64,000 bases of DNA from an uncultured Verrucomicrobiota bacterium (GTDB taxonomy: Bacteria > Verrucomicrobiota > Kiritimatiellia > JAAZAB01): positions 71,546-135,545 of the forward strand of contig CAZTWL010000004.1 in NCBI GenBank assembly GCA_964617825.1, written 5' to 3'. Both the position numbers and the translations under genes were made by a program. Positions 51,277-61,440 of the stretch are shown piece after piece. Under the pieces are notes generated by a model. It was not told the origin of the DNA and did not search any database. It was given only the letters and a program-made list of their open reading frames with translations. The stretch's first letter is position 1, and each line of letters opens with the position of its first letter.

Positions 51277-53553
51277 TCATTCTTTAATTTCCACTACTTT
51301 GATGTCACCCGGACCGACAGTGAGGGACAAGGACTTCCCGACACGATCCCAGCTAACATCTTGCTCTTCCCTCAATTCGCGAACTTGTTTCGCGGCCAAA
51401 TCCCGCAGGCGAATGGTTACTTGGGCAGACGCGGCCGGATCCAGCTTCTCGGCCGTGCGCGTAAACTTGGTTACGCCCTTGTTATTGATCAGATAGACCC
51501 ACCAACCGCCTTCGACCCGGTTAACTCCATACTCAATCTCCCCCACGACTTCAACTGGCAGCGCTTCCCGTACAATCTGGCGCATAAGCAATTGGATCAG
51601 CGGCAGATTGCGGGCTTTCATGGCTCTGATGAACGTATCGTCGTTGTTATCGCAAATACTCTTGCGCGGCACCATGTAATCGGCGGTGGTCAGGACGACC
51701 CGTCCGCGGCCATAATCGTTCACGCTGGCCAGGACACCACCCTGTCCGTCCAACCACAAAGGCTGCGCGCCACGCAAATCAACCTGCTCATAATCGTAGG
51801 GCTCGGTGAGCGTCACGGACGACTTTCCATCCGCCGTCCGGATCTCGCCTTCCGTCCCGCAGACTTTGCCCGACCGCTGTGCGCCGATGAACTCCGCCGG
51901 TAGATTGGCATTAACCTGCCTTATATTAATGACCAGCGTTCCGCCTTTTTTAACATATTCCCTGAGGCGCCTGGCCAGCGCCTTGTCAATATCGAAGCCC
52001 CCGAGCATGACCGCCACTTTGTAATTCATAAGCGTTTTCAACGCCACAGGTCCGCTTGGCGGATTCGGCAGGATGACATCATAGATGTCTCCGTACGGAC
52101 TATTGGCAAGGCATCCTTCCTGTCCCTGCTTCAGATATTGCATCAGTGGCACCAGGGTATACGTGAACGCGTCGATCATGCTATCCGGCCGCTCCATCGG
52201 GAAATAGGACCAGGGACGTCCGCCCCATTGCGGGGCGCCCTGGTTGAACGGAATCATCAACGCTACCGGCGTATAGGCCACACCACGTGCCGGGTGCCGG
52301 CGCGCGAACGCATAGCTGTCCTTAATCGCTGCGCCATAAGGGGACAGCTCCCATTCTTCCGCGTGCTTTTCCTTGCTCCCCTTGACAAACTGGCAATAGG
52401 CATAAGGCCAGGTCTCATTCTCGACGAAACTTGCCCCGCTCAAGTAAGCCAGATACATATCCCGCCGGTTTAGTGAAACCGACATGCCGCAGGTCGGGCC
52501 ACGGACATGGCCGCTGGCGGCAATCGGAGATTCATTGGTGGTTAGGCAGTAAGGAAAGGCATTGTCGTCCCATTTTCCATCCTCGGTGAAACCGTTATAA
52601 CAGACCGCAATATACCAGCTCCAGAATTTGTGGTATTGGCGCGCCGCTCCACGGGAAAAAAACATGCCCAACTGATGACGGTATGACCCCGTACCGCTGG
52701 TTTCCAAAGTAATGCCGCCGGCCCCCCACTCCATGGGATAATGGTCCCAAGTCCAGGCCGAGTGCAAAAAGAGCAGCTTATCGCAATCGTTAAAAAAGTA
52801 CCCGCGCCAGGCATCATGGCATTTCTTCAACCCCGCCACCGCTTCCCAACGCCCTTTTTGACTCGCCTCTATCACTTGGCTGGCGGACTGGACGCAGGCC
52901 TCAATATCCTTCTCGGCAAAACCTTTGCGCCTTAAATCATTCCGCAACCAATCGGCACCCTGGTACCCTTCGAAATCAAGTCCGGCTTTCTTGCTTTTCG
53001 CCAATGCGCCAACAAAGTCGCTGTCGAATTCGTCGCCGGCCATGAACCCGACAAAATTCGGGTATTGTTCTTTCCAATGCTTATAGGTGGAATAATTTGG
53101 GCGAAATGGCAGCATGTACGCCAGGGGTGGACGACCTCCAGCACTTAACATAAAAGGCACGTTCGTCTCCGGCTTGATGCACGAACCTTTCAACTTGAGA
53201 TTGGTCATATCGACGACCAGAGGATTATTGGTTGTGCTCAGGGACGCGCCATATCGCACTGCCGATTCGAACACCATCGGCTCAGAGCTGATATATTTTG
53301 CCATTTTGTATTCATTCGCCCAGTTGGTCCATATTTTAACACTCATCAGATTCCAAAAATCGCGTCCCGTAAAGACCGGCAAGGTCCAGTCCGGGGAAAT
53401 GTCAAAATCCGTCCGGGCCACAATTCGATTATCGTTCGTTCGGCATATTCCTTCGTCAACCTTGCAAGGATTGAACGCACACCCCCCGACCAGGATCCAT
53501 ATCGCTGCCGGCAACAAAATACTGCAGACTATTCCACGCAGTTTATTTGACAT
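51277..53553 (-). CDS. putative glycoside hydrolase of an unassigned family, paralog 2 of 3 (lipoprotein-type signal LVGGC)
   Basis: 758 aa, colinear with paralog 1 (about 55-60% identity over the conserved core). Confidence 0.55.
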   Translation of the reverse strand: MSNKLRGIVCSILLPAAIWILVGGCAFNPCKVDEGICRTNDNRIVARTDFDISPDWTLPVFTGRDFWNLMSVKIWTNWANEYKMAKYISSEPMVFESAVRYGASLSTTNNPLVVDMTNLKLKGSCIKPETNVPFMLSAGGRPPLAYMLPFRPNYSTYKHWKEQYPNFVGFMAGDEFDSDFVGALAKSKKAGLDFEGYQGADWLRNDLRRKGFAEKDIEACVQSASQVIEASQKGRWEAVAGLKKCHDAWRGYFFNDCDKLLFLHSAWTWDHYPMEWGAGGITLETSGTGSYRHQLGMFFSRGAARQYHKFWSWYIAVCYNGFTEDGKWDDNAFPYCLTTNESPIAASGHVRGPTCGMSVSLNRRDMYLAYLSGASFVENETWPYAYCQFVKGSKEKHAEEWELSPYGAAIKDSYAFARRHPARGVAYTPVALMIPFNQGAPQWGGRPWSYFPMERPDSMIDAFTYTLVPLMQYLKQGQEGCLANSPYGDIYDVILPNPPSGPVALKTLMNYKVAVMLGGFDIDKALARRLREYVKKGGTLVINIRQVNANLPAEFIGAQRSGKVCGTEGEIRTADGKSSVTLTEPYDYEQVDLRGAQPLWLDGQGGVLASVNDYGRGRVVLTTADYMVPRKSICDNNDDTFIRAMKARNLPLIQLLMRQIVREALPVEVVGEIEYGVNRVEGGWWVYLINNKGVTKFTRTAEKLDPAASAQVTIRLRDLAAKQVRELREEQDVSWDRVGKSLSLTVGPGDIKVVEIKE

Positions 53554-53641
53554 ATACTAACATTTCACTTGGATTAACATCATGATGTGCCTGCTTGTAC
53601 GCCACTTTGCCTCTGCCTTGGAGAATATGGCCGCGGCAAAA

Positions 53642-56155
53642 TCATTCCAGGCATACCTCGTAGTATATCGCTCCGCGTCCAATGCGCAGGGAGATCCAGT
53701 CGTTTTGCCAGGTAGGCTTCATTTTTTGAATCCGCTTTCCTGTCGGATCCAAGGCAAAGACTTTGCCACAGCGATGGATCGCGCCGGTATTGATCGCTAT
53801 CCGCGCTTTGACCGGCTCGATGATCACCGGCGCCGCTCCCTTTTCATCATAGCGCAGTTCCCAATGCGTGCCTTGGTCGGCAAACAACTGACCTCGATTC
53901 TCGGCCTTGCCGACAGTGGTGACCAGGAGATGCCTGGAAACGGAAATCGGCTTGCCGTCCAAGGAACTGACGGTAATGGAGCAATATTCCGTTTCGCACT
54001 CCACAATCAGGTTCGCCAGCGCTATTTTGCCGGCTTGTTTTAGAAAACCCACCGCCGACTGCACTCGCGGGCTATTGATGGTAAACACACCTTGCTTGAA
54101 ATCGCGCGTTAACTCGCCGGTATCGCTTGTCAGACGGCTGCCGAGGGAGCTTAGTTTGTATCGGGCGCCAAATATTCCCCAATACTTGCCGGCGCTCAGG
54201 AACAGGCGCGCCAGATTCTCGCTGGTGATTTCCATATCGGGCGCCACGCAATTACGCCCGTCAATGAATCCGGCGCATATATTCCGCTTGGAATCCACGC
54301 CGACTGCCAGGGCATCGCGCGGGATGCTTGACAACCGGATTCCTCGTTTGAGCTCCCTGACAATTGTTTTATTTGGCCACATCACCTCCCGGAAACTTAA
54401 AGCGCATTCACTTGCGCCAATGAGTTTGAGCTTCGGGTATAATTTACGGATAACATTGCCGGAGCTGTTCTTTAGAAGCATCAGGTGCTTGTTTCTGTAT
54501 CCCTTGGGCAAATAACTTAGATCGCTTAATCCGGAAGGGATGATTACATCGGCGAGATTATCAACCGCCTGATCGAAAAAGCGTCCTTGAATTCCCGATA
54601 TGAACGGCAGTGATTTATATGGCGATATTTGATCGATCGCGCCCCATACCCGATTAGTGAAAGCATCTTTGCGCGAATACTCGATTTCCAGCATGCTCTT
54701 GGCCGCCTTGACGTCGTGACGGTGAAACAACAAGGCGGCCGCCGGCATTAATCCCATTATTGCCGGATCCGACGCGATTTTGAAATGCCGGATATCGTTG
54801 CATTTCTTTCTGGGCCATAAATCAAGCGGGATGATCGGTCCTTCATAGTTATGAATGATAAATCCGTCCCAGTCTTGAAGGCAGGCATAGGCCGCCGTAG
54901 AAAGAACGCCCTCGCAGCGCCATTCATTTGGCCATACGTAATTCCACTCGGAAACGACCAGAGGCTTGCCCGCAAGCCTGGTTGGCGCAATGGTATGCAC
55001 CAGCGTTTCGCGCCCGTTTTCAAAAGGGCTGACGTTAACCATAGGTTGATTGTGAAAGTGGAGCGCTCCATTTCCATAATGCGGATGGTCCCAATAATGA
55101 TGGTCGCCGCTAAAATCCATCATGGTATATGACTTCAGGTTGGCAGGCGAGAAAACGTCGTCATTCGTGCCCGTGATCGGTATTTTAACACCCAAGGTGC
55201 GCAGGTGTTTGACCATGTCTTGATAGTATGCATTTTGGCATTCGTAGGCAAAAGCGCTGAATTCATCCAGCCGGGCTCCGGCATGCTTATTGTCACTGCA
55301 TGTCACCACCGGCGGAAATTCCACCGTCCCTTTCCTTGGATCTTCACCATCGGCCAGGGATTGGGGTTCTTGGCGGCTGGACCAGCTTTTTACGAGCTTT
55401 TCCCGAAAGCCATATTTTTCAACCAGCCATTTATTCCACCGACGCTTCAATTCACTATAATATGGCTCGGGAACGCCCGACTGCCATATCGACCCCCAGG
55501 CAGCCTTGGAATCTTTATGCTCCCAAAAGGTCATGAAAATTGAATTTTCGTTGGTGATTTCCAAGAGTGCGATGCCGGGATCATCAACGTAGCGCTTTCC
55601 AACGTAAGGGTTGTAATGGGTCAGCAGGTCTTGCGCATATTGTTTCTGGAGCATAATCATGCGCGGATCGAAAGTGGACAAGTATTTAGCTCCGCGCCCG
55701 AGCTTTTCGCTTGCGCGCACGCCATCGCCCGGCTTGAATTTTCGATAATCAAGCAGGTCCAGGTAAATATAAATGCCCCTTTGCTCGAGAACGTGAATGA
55801 AATAATCCACCTTGTCCAATGCGGCCTTTATCAAGGACTGGGTGTGATCGGGTGCAGGATCAATAATATACGTGTCGATATCATGAAAGCGGACCAGATT
55901 GATACCGTATTTGGCAAGCCTTGCGGCAATGAGCCGCGCCTCGCTCTTGGAAGGGAGCGCATTGAATCTGGCGACGTTAATGCCCCAAAAACGAATTCTT
56001 CTACCATTCTCAAAGCAGAAATGTCCGTTTTCCGATTGTAAAAACCCGTGCTTGCCGGCCGGGGCATCGAGAAGGAAGCTCACATTGATGGCCGTATCGC
56101 TTTTGTCCTCGCGCGGCAATATGCATTCGACCCACTTTGATTTTGATATTTTCAT
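53642..56155 (-). CDS. clan GH-A glycoside hydrolase, GH5-like (possibly a mannanase or cellulase relative)
   Basis: 837 aa. The TIM-barrel N-terminal half has INLVRFH and LLEITNENS (an NE-type acid/base motif). There is no signal peptide. The C-terminal ~400 aa have unknown accessory domains. Confidence 0.45.
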   Translation of the reverse strand: MKISKSKWVECILPREDKSDTAINVSFLLDAPAGKHGFLQSENGHFCFENGRRIRFWGINVARFNALPSKSEARLIAARLAKYGINLVRFHDIDTYIIDPAPDHTQSLIKAALDKVDYFIHVLEQRGIYIYLDLLDYRKFKPGDGVRASEKLGRGAKYLSTFDPRMIMLQKQYAQDLLTHYNPYVGKRYVDDPGIALLEITNENSIFMTFWEHKDSKAAWGSIWQSGVPEPYYSELKRRWNKWLVEKYGFREKLVKSWSSRQEPQSLADGEDPRKGTVEFPPVVTCSDNKHAGARLDEFSAFAYECQNAYYQDMVKHLRTLGVKIPITGTNDDVFSPANLKSYTMMDFSGDHHYWDHPHYGNGALHFHNQPMVNVSPFENGRETLVHTIAPTRLAGKPLVVSEWNYVWPNEWRCEGVLSTAAYACLQDWDGFIIHNYEGPIIPLDLWPRKKCNDIRHFKIASDPAIMGLMPAAALLFHRHDVKAAKSMLEIEYSRKDAFTNRVWGAIDQISPYKSLPFISGIQGRFFDQAVDNLADVIIPSGLSDLSYLPKGYRNKHLMLLKNSSGNVIRKLYPKLKLIGASECALSFREVMWPNKTIVRELKRGIRLSSIPRDALAVGVDSKRNICAGFIDGRNCVAPDMEITSENLARLFLSAGKYWGIFGARYKLSSLGSRLTSDTGELTRDFKQGVFTINSPRVQSAVGFLKQAGKIALANLIVECETEYCSITVSSLDGKPISVSRHLLVTTVGKAENRGQLFADQGTHWELRYDEKGAAPVIIEPVKARIAINTGAIHRCGKVFALDPTGKRIQKMKPTWQNDWISLRIGRGAIYYEVCLE

Positions 56156-56261
56156 GTTAATGCAAGGTAATATTTGCCAAGCACGTCACACTAGTCACCA
56201 ATTGCACCACATTTTGATAAAAAACAACACGAATATTGCACGTACGATCACCACAATCTGT

Positions 56262-59186
56262 TTATCGCACCGGCACAGCGGTAACCTCATCAATGGCGGC
56301 CTGGCCATCAATGCCGATGGCAAGCTTCATAATTTGCGGGTAGCCCGCCGGGTGCACATAGTCCAATGCCCATGGCTTCCATTCCGGCGTAAGCTCCAAT
56401 TCCCCCACTTTAGTAACTTTGAAAATAGATTGAGCGCCGTTTCCCGGATCGATAGAATAGTGATAGATATTTACCGTTATCTTGCCCTTGCCACGCGCAA
56501 CGAAGGAGATGCGTAGCTTGGCGCCTTCCTTCATCATGACGGTCATGTCGTTCATAATTATGCCGCCGTCGATTTGGAGGGACTGTTTGCCCGCGTAGGC
56601 ACCTTCGGTCAACACCGTGGCCATCCGTCCGCCCGCATAGTGCAATTGCCAGTTTTTCGGCGCCAGCGGCGGCGTGTTGCCGAACTTCCATGTTCCGGCC
56701 CCGTAGCGCTTGATGAGGGCCGCGCTGTCCAGGGTGACGGTGTCCTCGAACCCGCCGTTGGCAATAATGGGGCCTATGAACGCAACCCCGCGAAAACTGC
56801 TGCTATCATGGAACGATCCGTCCATCCAGGAACTGACCTCGGATTGGCCTGCCTGCCGCACCCTGCCAACGTTCATCATCCAGCGGCCGCCATCGAGTAT
56901 GGAACCTCCCAACGACTTGGCCGACACTTTCATCTCCACGATCCATTTGTTTGTCCCGATCAGGGATACCACCTGGGCATCGGTATTGAAATTAACCTCG
57001 CCAATTGTCGGCGCGCCGGGCTTGCATTCGGAATCGCGCAACGCGCCGATGCTATTGATTGCCATGTGCACATAACGTTTGCCATCTCCGTCCGGATCGA
57101 CAAACAGCTCCACCGTATTTCCGTCCCAGATTTTCGCGTTATCACGTTCCTTGGTTTTAGCGACAAGTTGTTCCGGTTCCGGCTCGTCCATCTCCAGCCC
57201 GGCGTAAAGGTTTTCGCCGTCGTAAAGCAGGCGCACGGCGGTCTGAACCTTGGCCGCCGCGCCGTCCGCCCGGATGAAACCGCTGACGCGCTCGCATGTG
57301 CCCCAGTCCGCCTCTTCAAGCTTGCCGTCAACCGTGATGGGGGCGGTGATCCGCGCCGCGCGCACATCGTTGGACTGCCGTTTGATGTATTGCTCACGCG
57401 CCTTCAGCCAGCCTTCCTTGAAAATATCCTTGTCCTTCGCGATGCGCTTCAGGACGACCGGGTCTCCCGCGGCAGCCTTTTCAGCTTCGTCCAGCAGGTC
57501 GGAGAGCGCTTTGATCGCGGCCGGAGACTCAACGCTCTTGCCGATTGCGCCGTAGCTGGATCCATAAATAAAGTCCCCGGGAGTTGCCTTCCAGAGCTTG
57601 CGCGCCAGGGCCTGGTAACGTTCAATAGCATCCGCCGCCGGACCGTAGAATTTCGCGTTTAGATCCTTCATTAATGCGTCAACATCCAGGTCAGGATTCC
57701 AGGCCAGCTTGGCCTGCACATAATGCGCCAGCAGGTTTGCCCGCCAAAATTCCTTGTTCCGCGGGCTATTGTAGACTCCGTTGCTGTGCCGGTAATCACC
57801 ATCGGGGGGAATTGTCGACATGGACCATTCGGTGTGCCCCAGGCGATACATGTACCGCAAATCATCGGCCACAATATATTCAAGCGGCGCACAGAGTATG
57901 CCTGCGGTCCGTTCGGAAGTCTCGCCGGCATAAATACAGTAATAATTAAAAATCCCGCGTGGATTTCCGGTCTTGGCCCAGCTTTCAAACATATTACGGA
58001 ACCACTTATTCGCCTGACAGGACGGATCCGGGAGTGAATGCCGGTAACAGCGATAGTGATCGCAAATCATGATTATTATGCGAGGATCGGGCCTCACGTT
58101 GGCCGGGGGCATCTGAAAATTCTGGTAGGCCAGCATCTTGACACACGCATTGGGACATTCGCGGTAAACGCGCTTGAAGACTTCGTTGGCATAGATGGTG
58201 AAACGGGTGGAAACACGGTTGGCCTTGCGCTCTTCCGGCGGGTCTTGGGCCACACAATTCGTGCACTGGCACCAGCCGCCGCAATCATTGTTGATCAAGG
58301 TGAATTGGCCGTCCGGATGTTCCTTGAAATACTTGATCACACGTTTGGCCGACATTTCAATGACCTCCGGATTGGAAGTGCAGGGCTGGCTCATAAACCT
58401 TCCATTAGGACTCAATTGCTTGCGGCGCGTACCATCAATCAACGCAAAATATTCCGGGTGGGTGTCAAATAGGCTGTCAGGGACCAATGCGAACATAATA
58501 TGCCCGCCCCATTTCGGGATAGCTCCGCCGCGTTTTTCGAATTCGGCCTTGTGCTCTGGGCGAAATCCGATCAGCTGCATCCGATTACGCACAGCCCAGT
58601 CCCATGTATTTGTCATTTTTGCATTGACGGCCGTGTTGCCCAAACCAAGAACCCGCTCCTTGAAAGCCGGATTCTGTTTTTCGTCGATTCGCCCGATTTC
58701 CAGAGTCGGCTTGCTTGGGCAATACTCGCCGTCCTCGCCCGGGAAAAACCAGCGCATCCCGACATGCTCTTCAAGAAACGCATACACACCATACAGGACC
58801 CCGAGCGGCGTCTTGCCGGCGATCAGCAGCCCGCGCTCATCCGACCTGATGAGGAAGCCTTGATCCGAAAGCGCCTGCACATCTTTCAGCGCCCCGAGCT
58901 TGGCGATCGCGGGACACGTTTCCGGCGTGCCGAGCCAAATGCTGTATTTGTCCGCCTGCGGCGCATTGGTCGGCGCAATCCAAGCCCCGGTCACCTTGCC
59001 AAGAAAAAAACATAATTCCTCGGCCGCGTGTTTCTCCGTCAATGAAAACTTTTCGCCCATCACCACCGCGCATCGGAAATTGCCCTTGTCAACCAGCGCG
59101 ATGGAGCCGGCAGGCAACGCCCTGTTCCGGACACAGGCACTGGCCAGCAAAAGGCATAAAACAAGCGTGGTGATTTTGGATGTCAT
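56262..59186 (-). CDS. DUF4838-like + CBM9-like + CBM4_9-like protein, paralog of 47416..51066 lacking the esterase domain
   Basis: 974 aa, colinear with and ~70% identical to the first ~960 aa of the 1216-aa protein. The signal peptide is MTSKITTLVLCLLLASACV. Its upstream region shares ATAAAGGAAAAAC-ATGACATC with the paralog. Confidence 0.6.
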   Translation of the reverse strand: MTSKITTLVLCLLLASACVRNRALPAGSIALVDKGNFRCAVVMGEKFSLTEKHAAEELCFFLGKVTGAWIAPTNAPQADKYSIWLGTPETCPAIAKLGALKDVQALSDQGFLIRSDERGLLIAGKTPLGVLYGVYAFLEEHVGMRWFFPGEDGEYCPSKPTLEIGRIDEKQNPAFKERVLGLGNTAVNAKMTNTWDWAVRNRMQLIGFRPEHKAEFEKRGGAIPKWGGHIMFALVPDSLFDTHPEYFALIDGTRRKQLSPNGRFMSQPCTSNPEVIEMSAKRVIKYFKEHPDGQFTLINNDCGGWCQCTNCVAQDPPEERKANRVSTRFTIYANEVFKRVYRECPNACVKMLAYQNFQMPPANVRPDPRIIIMICDHYRCYRHSLPDPSCQANKWFRNMFESWAKTGNPRGIFNYYCIYAGETSERTAGILCAPLEYIVADDLRYMYRLGHTEWSMSTIPPDGDYRHSNGVYNSPRNKEFWRANLLAHYVQAKLAWNPDLDVDALMKDLNAKFYGPAADAIERYQALARKLWKATPGDFIYGSSYGAIGKSVESPAAIKALSDLLDEAEKAAAGDPVVLKRIAKDKDIFKEGWLKAREQYIKRQSNDVRAARITAPITVDGKLEEADWGTCERVSGFIRADGAAAKVQTAVRLLYDGENLYAGLEMDEPEPEQLVAKTKERDNAKIWDGNTVELFVDPDGDGKRYVHMAINSIGALRDSECKPGAPTIGEVNFNTDAQVVSLIGTNKWIVEMKVSAKSLGGSILDGGRWMMNVGRVRQAGQSEVSSWMDGSFHDSSSFRGVAFIGPIIANGGFEDTVTLDSAALIKRYGAGTWKFGNTPPLAPKNWQLHYAGGRMATVLTEGAYAGKQSLQIDGGIIMNDMTVMMKEGAKLRISFVARGKGKITVNIYHYSIDPGNGAQSIFKVTKVGELELTPEWKPWALDYVHPAGYPQIMKLAIGIDGQAAIDEVTAVPVR

Positions 59187-59241
59187 GTTTTTCCTTTATT
59201 AACAACCACTTGTTGTCCGAATAAATAAGGAGTTCGATGTT

Positions 59242-60594
59242 TTATTTAGATTCAAATATCAGCGTCATGACTGAATGCGACGCAATCTTAAACCTGGCAA
59301 TTTGCGGAGCGCAGCGGAGCACGAATTCTTTTTCAGCATCGGTCCTGTTCATCACCACCGCAACGATTTCGCCCGAAAGATTTCTTGCAGCGGTGACCTC
59401 GAGATCCGGCGTATATTTGCTGAAGCCGATAATGTGCGCGCCGGGCTGGATGTATTTGCTGATGTGCCCGATGTAATAATAAGAAGACTTAAAAATTATC
59501 TTTTTCTTTTTCGTGTCGACAATTATCGGGGCATCGCAGGCATTCCCAACGTGGTTTGGCCCCCCCTGTTCGTCCAGCGCCATGTTCCAATCGATCCAGC
59601 CCTGTGACCAGTGGTTCAGGTCGCCAATAATATCGTGTAAATATTTTTCACCGTTGATCCAGTCGTTCCTTTCATGACCGTGAAGGCATCCTTCCGTGAA
59701 GATCAATCCTTTTTCCGGGAAGAGCGCATGGAGAGCGGACAGCGCTTCGAAATGGTCGCCGGAATACCAGTGGAAGGCAGTGCCCCAAACGTACTTGGCG
59801 GCCTTGCGATCGGCAAATACGGTCTGGGCGCGATCAAAAACCCGCTCCTTGTTATGGTCCCATACCAGCAGCCTGATGCTACCGTGTCCGTGCCTCTTTA
59901 GCGAAGGCCCCAGGTGGTTTTTGACGAAATCCCTCTCCTCCTCGGCGGTATATACGCAGGAATCAAATGGTTGGGTCGCCTTAGGCTCGTTCTGAACGGT
60001 TAGATAACGGATCTTGATGCCTTCCTTCGCATATGCGGCAATGTATTTGGAATAGTATTCAGCCCAGATTTTGCGGCAGTCGGGCCTTAGTTTCCCGCCT
60101 AAATTCATCTTTCCGGTGGTTTTCATCCAGTCCGGCGGGCTCCAGGGCGAGGAAAGGATGCCGAGTTTTGAGCCCCTGATCACCTGGGCGGCCTTGATCA
60201 TCGGGATGAGGTGCTGCTTGTCGCGCTCGATACAGAACGTCATGAGCCGGCGATCATTCTTGGCCGTGTAGTGATAGTTTTCGGTGGAAAAGTCGCAACT
60301 GTTGATGTGCGTGCGGCACAGGCTGTAGTTCAAGCCTTTTGCGGTGTCAAAACAGGCTTTCAGCACTTTTTCCCTGATTGCCGGGCCGGCCTTGTCCAGC
60401 GTAACTGCCGCCGACTCCGTGAAGGCTCCGCCGAACCCCTCGATCTTCTGGTAATGTACCTGGGGAAAGATGTTGATCACCTTTTGTTCGACGCCTTCAG
60501 TATCTTTCTCGAAAAGGACGCTACGCTTTTCCGACAGTCTGTCAGCCGTTTCCCGAGAAGTAAGCACCACTCTTATCGCGTTTTTTGATTTCAT
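59242..60594 (-). CDS. glycoside hydrolase family 30
   Basis: 450 aa with KIEGFGGAFTESAA at the N-terminus and GH30-like length. No signal peptide. Confidence 0.65.
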   Translation of the reverse strand: MKSKNAIRVVLTSRETADRLSEKRSVLFEKDTEGVEQKVINIFPQVHYQKIEGFGGAFTESAAVTLDKAGPAIREKVLKACFDTAKGLNYSLCRTHINSCDFSTENYHYTAKNDRRLMTFCIERDKQHLIPMIKAAQVIRGSKLGILSSPWSPPDWMKTTGKMNLGGKLRPDCRKIWAEYYSKYIAAYAKEGIKIRYLTVQNEPKATQPFDSCVYTAEEERDFVKNHLGPSLKRHGHGSIRLLVWDHNKERVFDRAQTVFADRKAAKYVWGTAFHWYSGDHFEALSALHALFPEKGLIFTEGCLHGHERNDWINGEKYLHDIIGDLNHWSQGWIDWNMALDEQGGPNHVGNACDAPIIVDTKKKKIIFKSSYYYIGHISKYIQPGAHIIGFSKYTPDLEVTAARNLSGEIVAVVMNRTDAEKEFVLRCAPQIARFKIASHSVMTLIFESK

Positions 60595-60754
60595 CTTCCC
60601 CTTCCATTAATAACCTGTTCAATTCCGCTGTTTCACCATAGCAACACGCCCAAGCGAGGCAGATCCATCCAAGTAGCCACATGGCTGTTCAAAGCAATAT
60701 CGACATCAGGAATAACATCATTCGATTTAGCGATAAGGCTCGTTTCTTTTGAAA

Positions 60755-61381
60755 TTACTGGGCAACCCCGTGTTCTGTAAAGGCCACAAGCCAGCCGGCA
60801 ATATAGGCCGCCTGATTTTTCCGGATGTGATCATGAAAATGAATGTGATCGCAGTACAGGTCTGCCCCCAGATTCAAGGTAAAGGTGTACAAATCGATGG
60901 AAGGGACCCCATGATCTTTCATAATTCGATCTGCCGCCAGATTGTATGCGTCACAATCAGCCGCAAAACGATGGAAGTTCACGCCACCTTGATTGTGGAC
61001 CACCTCATCGCAGGGTGTGGTTCTGATCCAGATCGGCTTTGGACGCATTGTCGCAACCGTTTGCAGAATAGCCCTCAAGTTGTCTTCGTATTGCCTGATG
61101 GGGATTTGTTTCCGCCCGGTTAGCGGGTCAGTCCGGATATCGTGAAGACCGCAATTCATGAGCAGCAGGTCTGCGTCAATACCATTGCCGCGAGCCTTAC
61201 CCTTGAGAAATGTCAGGACCATCGACGAATCGCCGCCATTTGCTCCCTGGGGTTTATCCAAATTAAGAAGGGCCTCCTCCTCGCCCGCCTTTCGGGAGTA
61301 CTCCATGATGCCCTTCAAGTCTGCTTGCAGATAAGGTCCATAGTGGATCGAAATGCTATCGCCGATAATGTAAATCTTCAT
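60755..61381 (-). CDS. SGNH/GDSL-family hydrolase (carbohydrate esterase-like)
   Basis: 208 aa with block I GDSIS at the N-terminus and a C-terminal DxxH (DHIHF). No signal peptide. Confidence 0.65.
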   Translation of the reverse strand: MKIYIIGDSISIHYGPYLQADLKGIMEYSRKAGEEEALLNLDKPQGANGGDSSMVLTFLKGKARGNGIDADLLLMNCGLHDIRTDPLTGRKQIPIRQYEDNLRAILQTVATMRPKPIWIRTTPCDEVVHNQGGVNFHRFAADCDAYNLAADRIMKDHGVPSIDLYTFTLNLGADLYCDHIHFHDHIRKNQAAYIAGWLVAFTEHGVAQ

Positions 61382-61440
61382 ATTGTTGGTCCTGGTTTTG
61401 ATTGATAAATTGCTTCACGCATCAAGATTCCATAAATATT

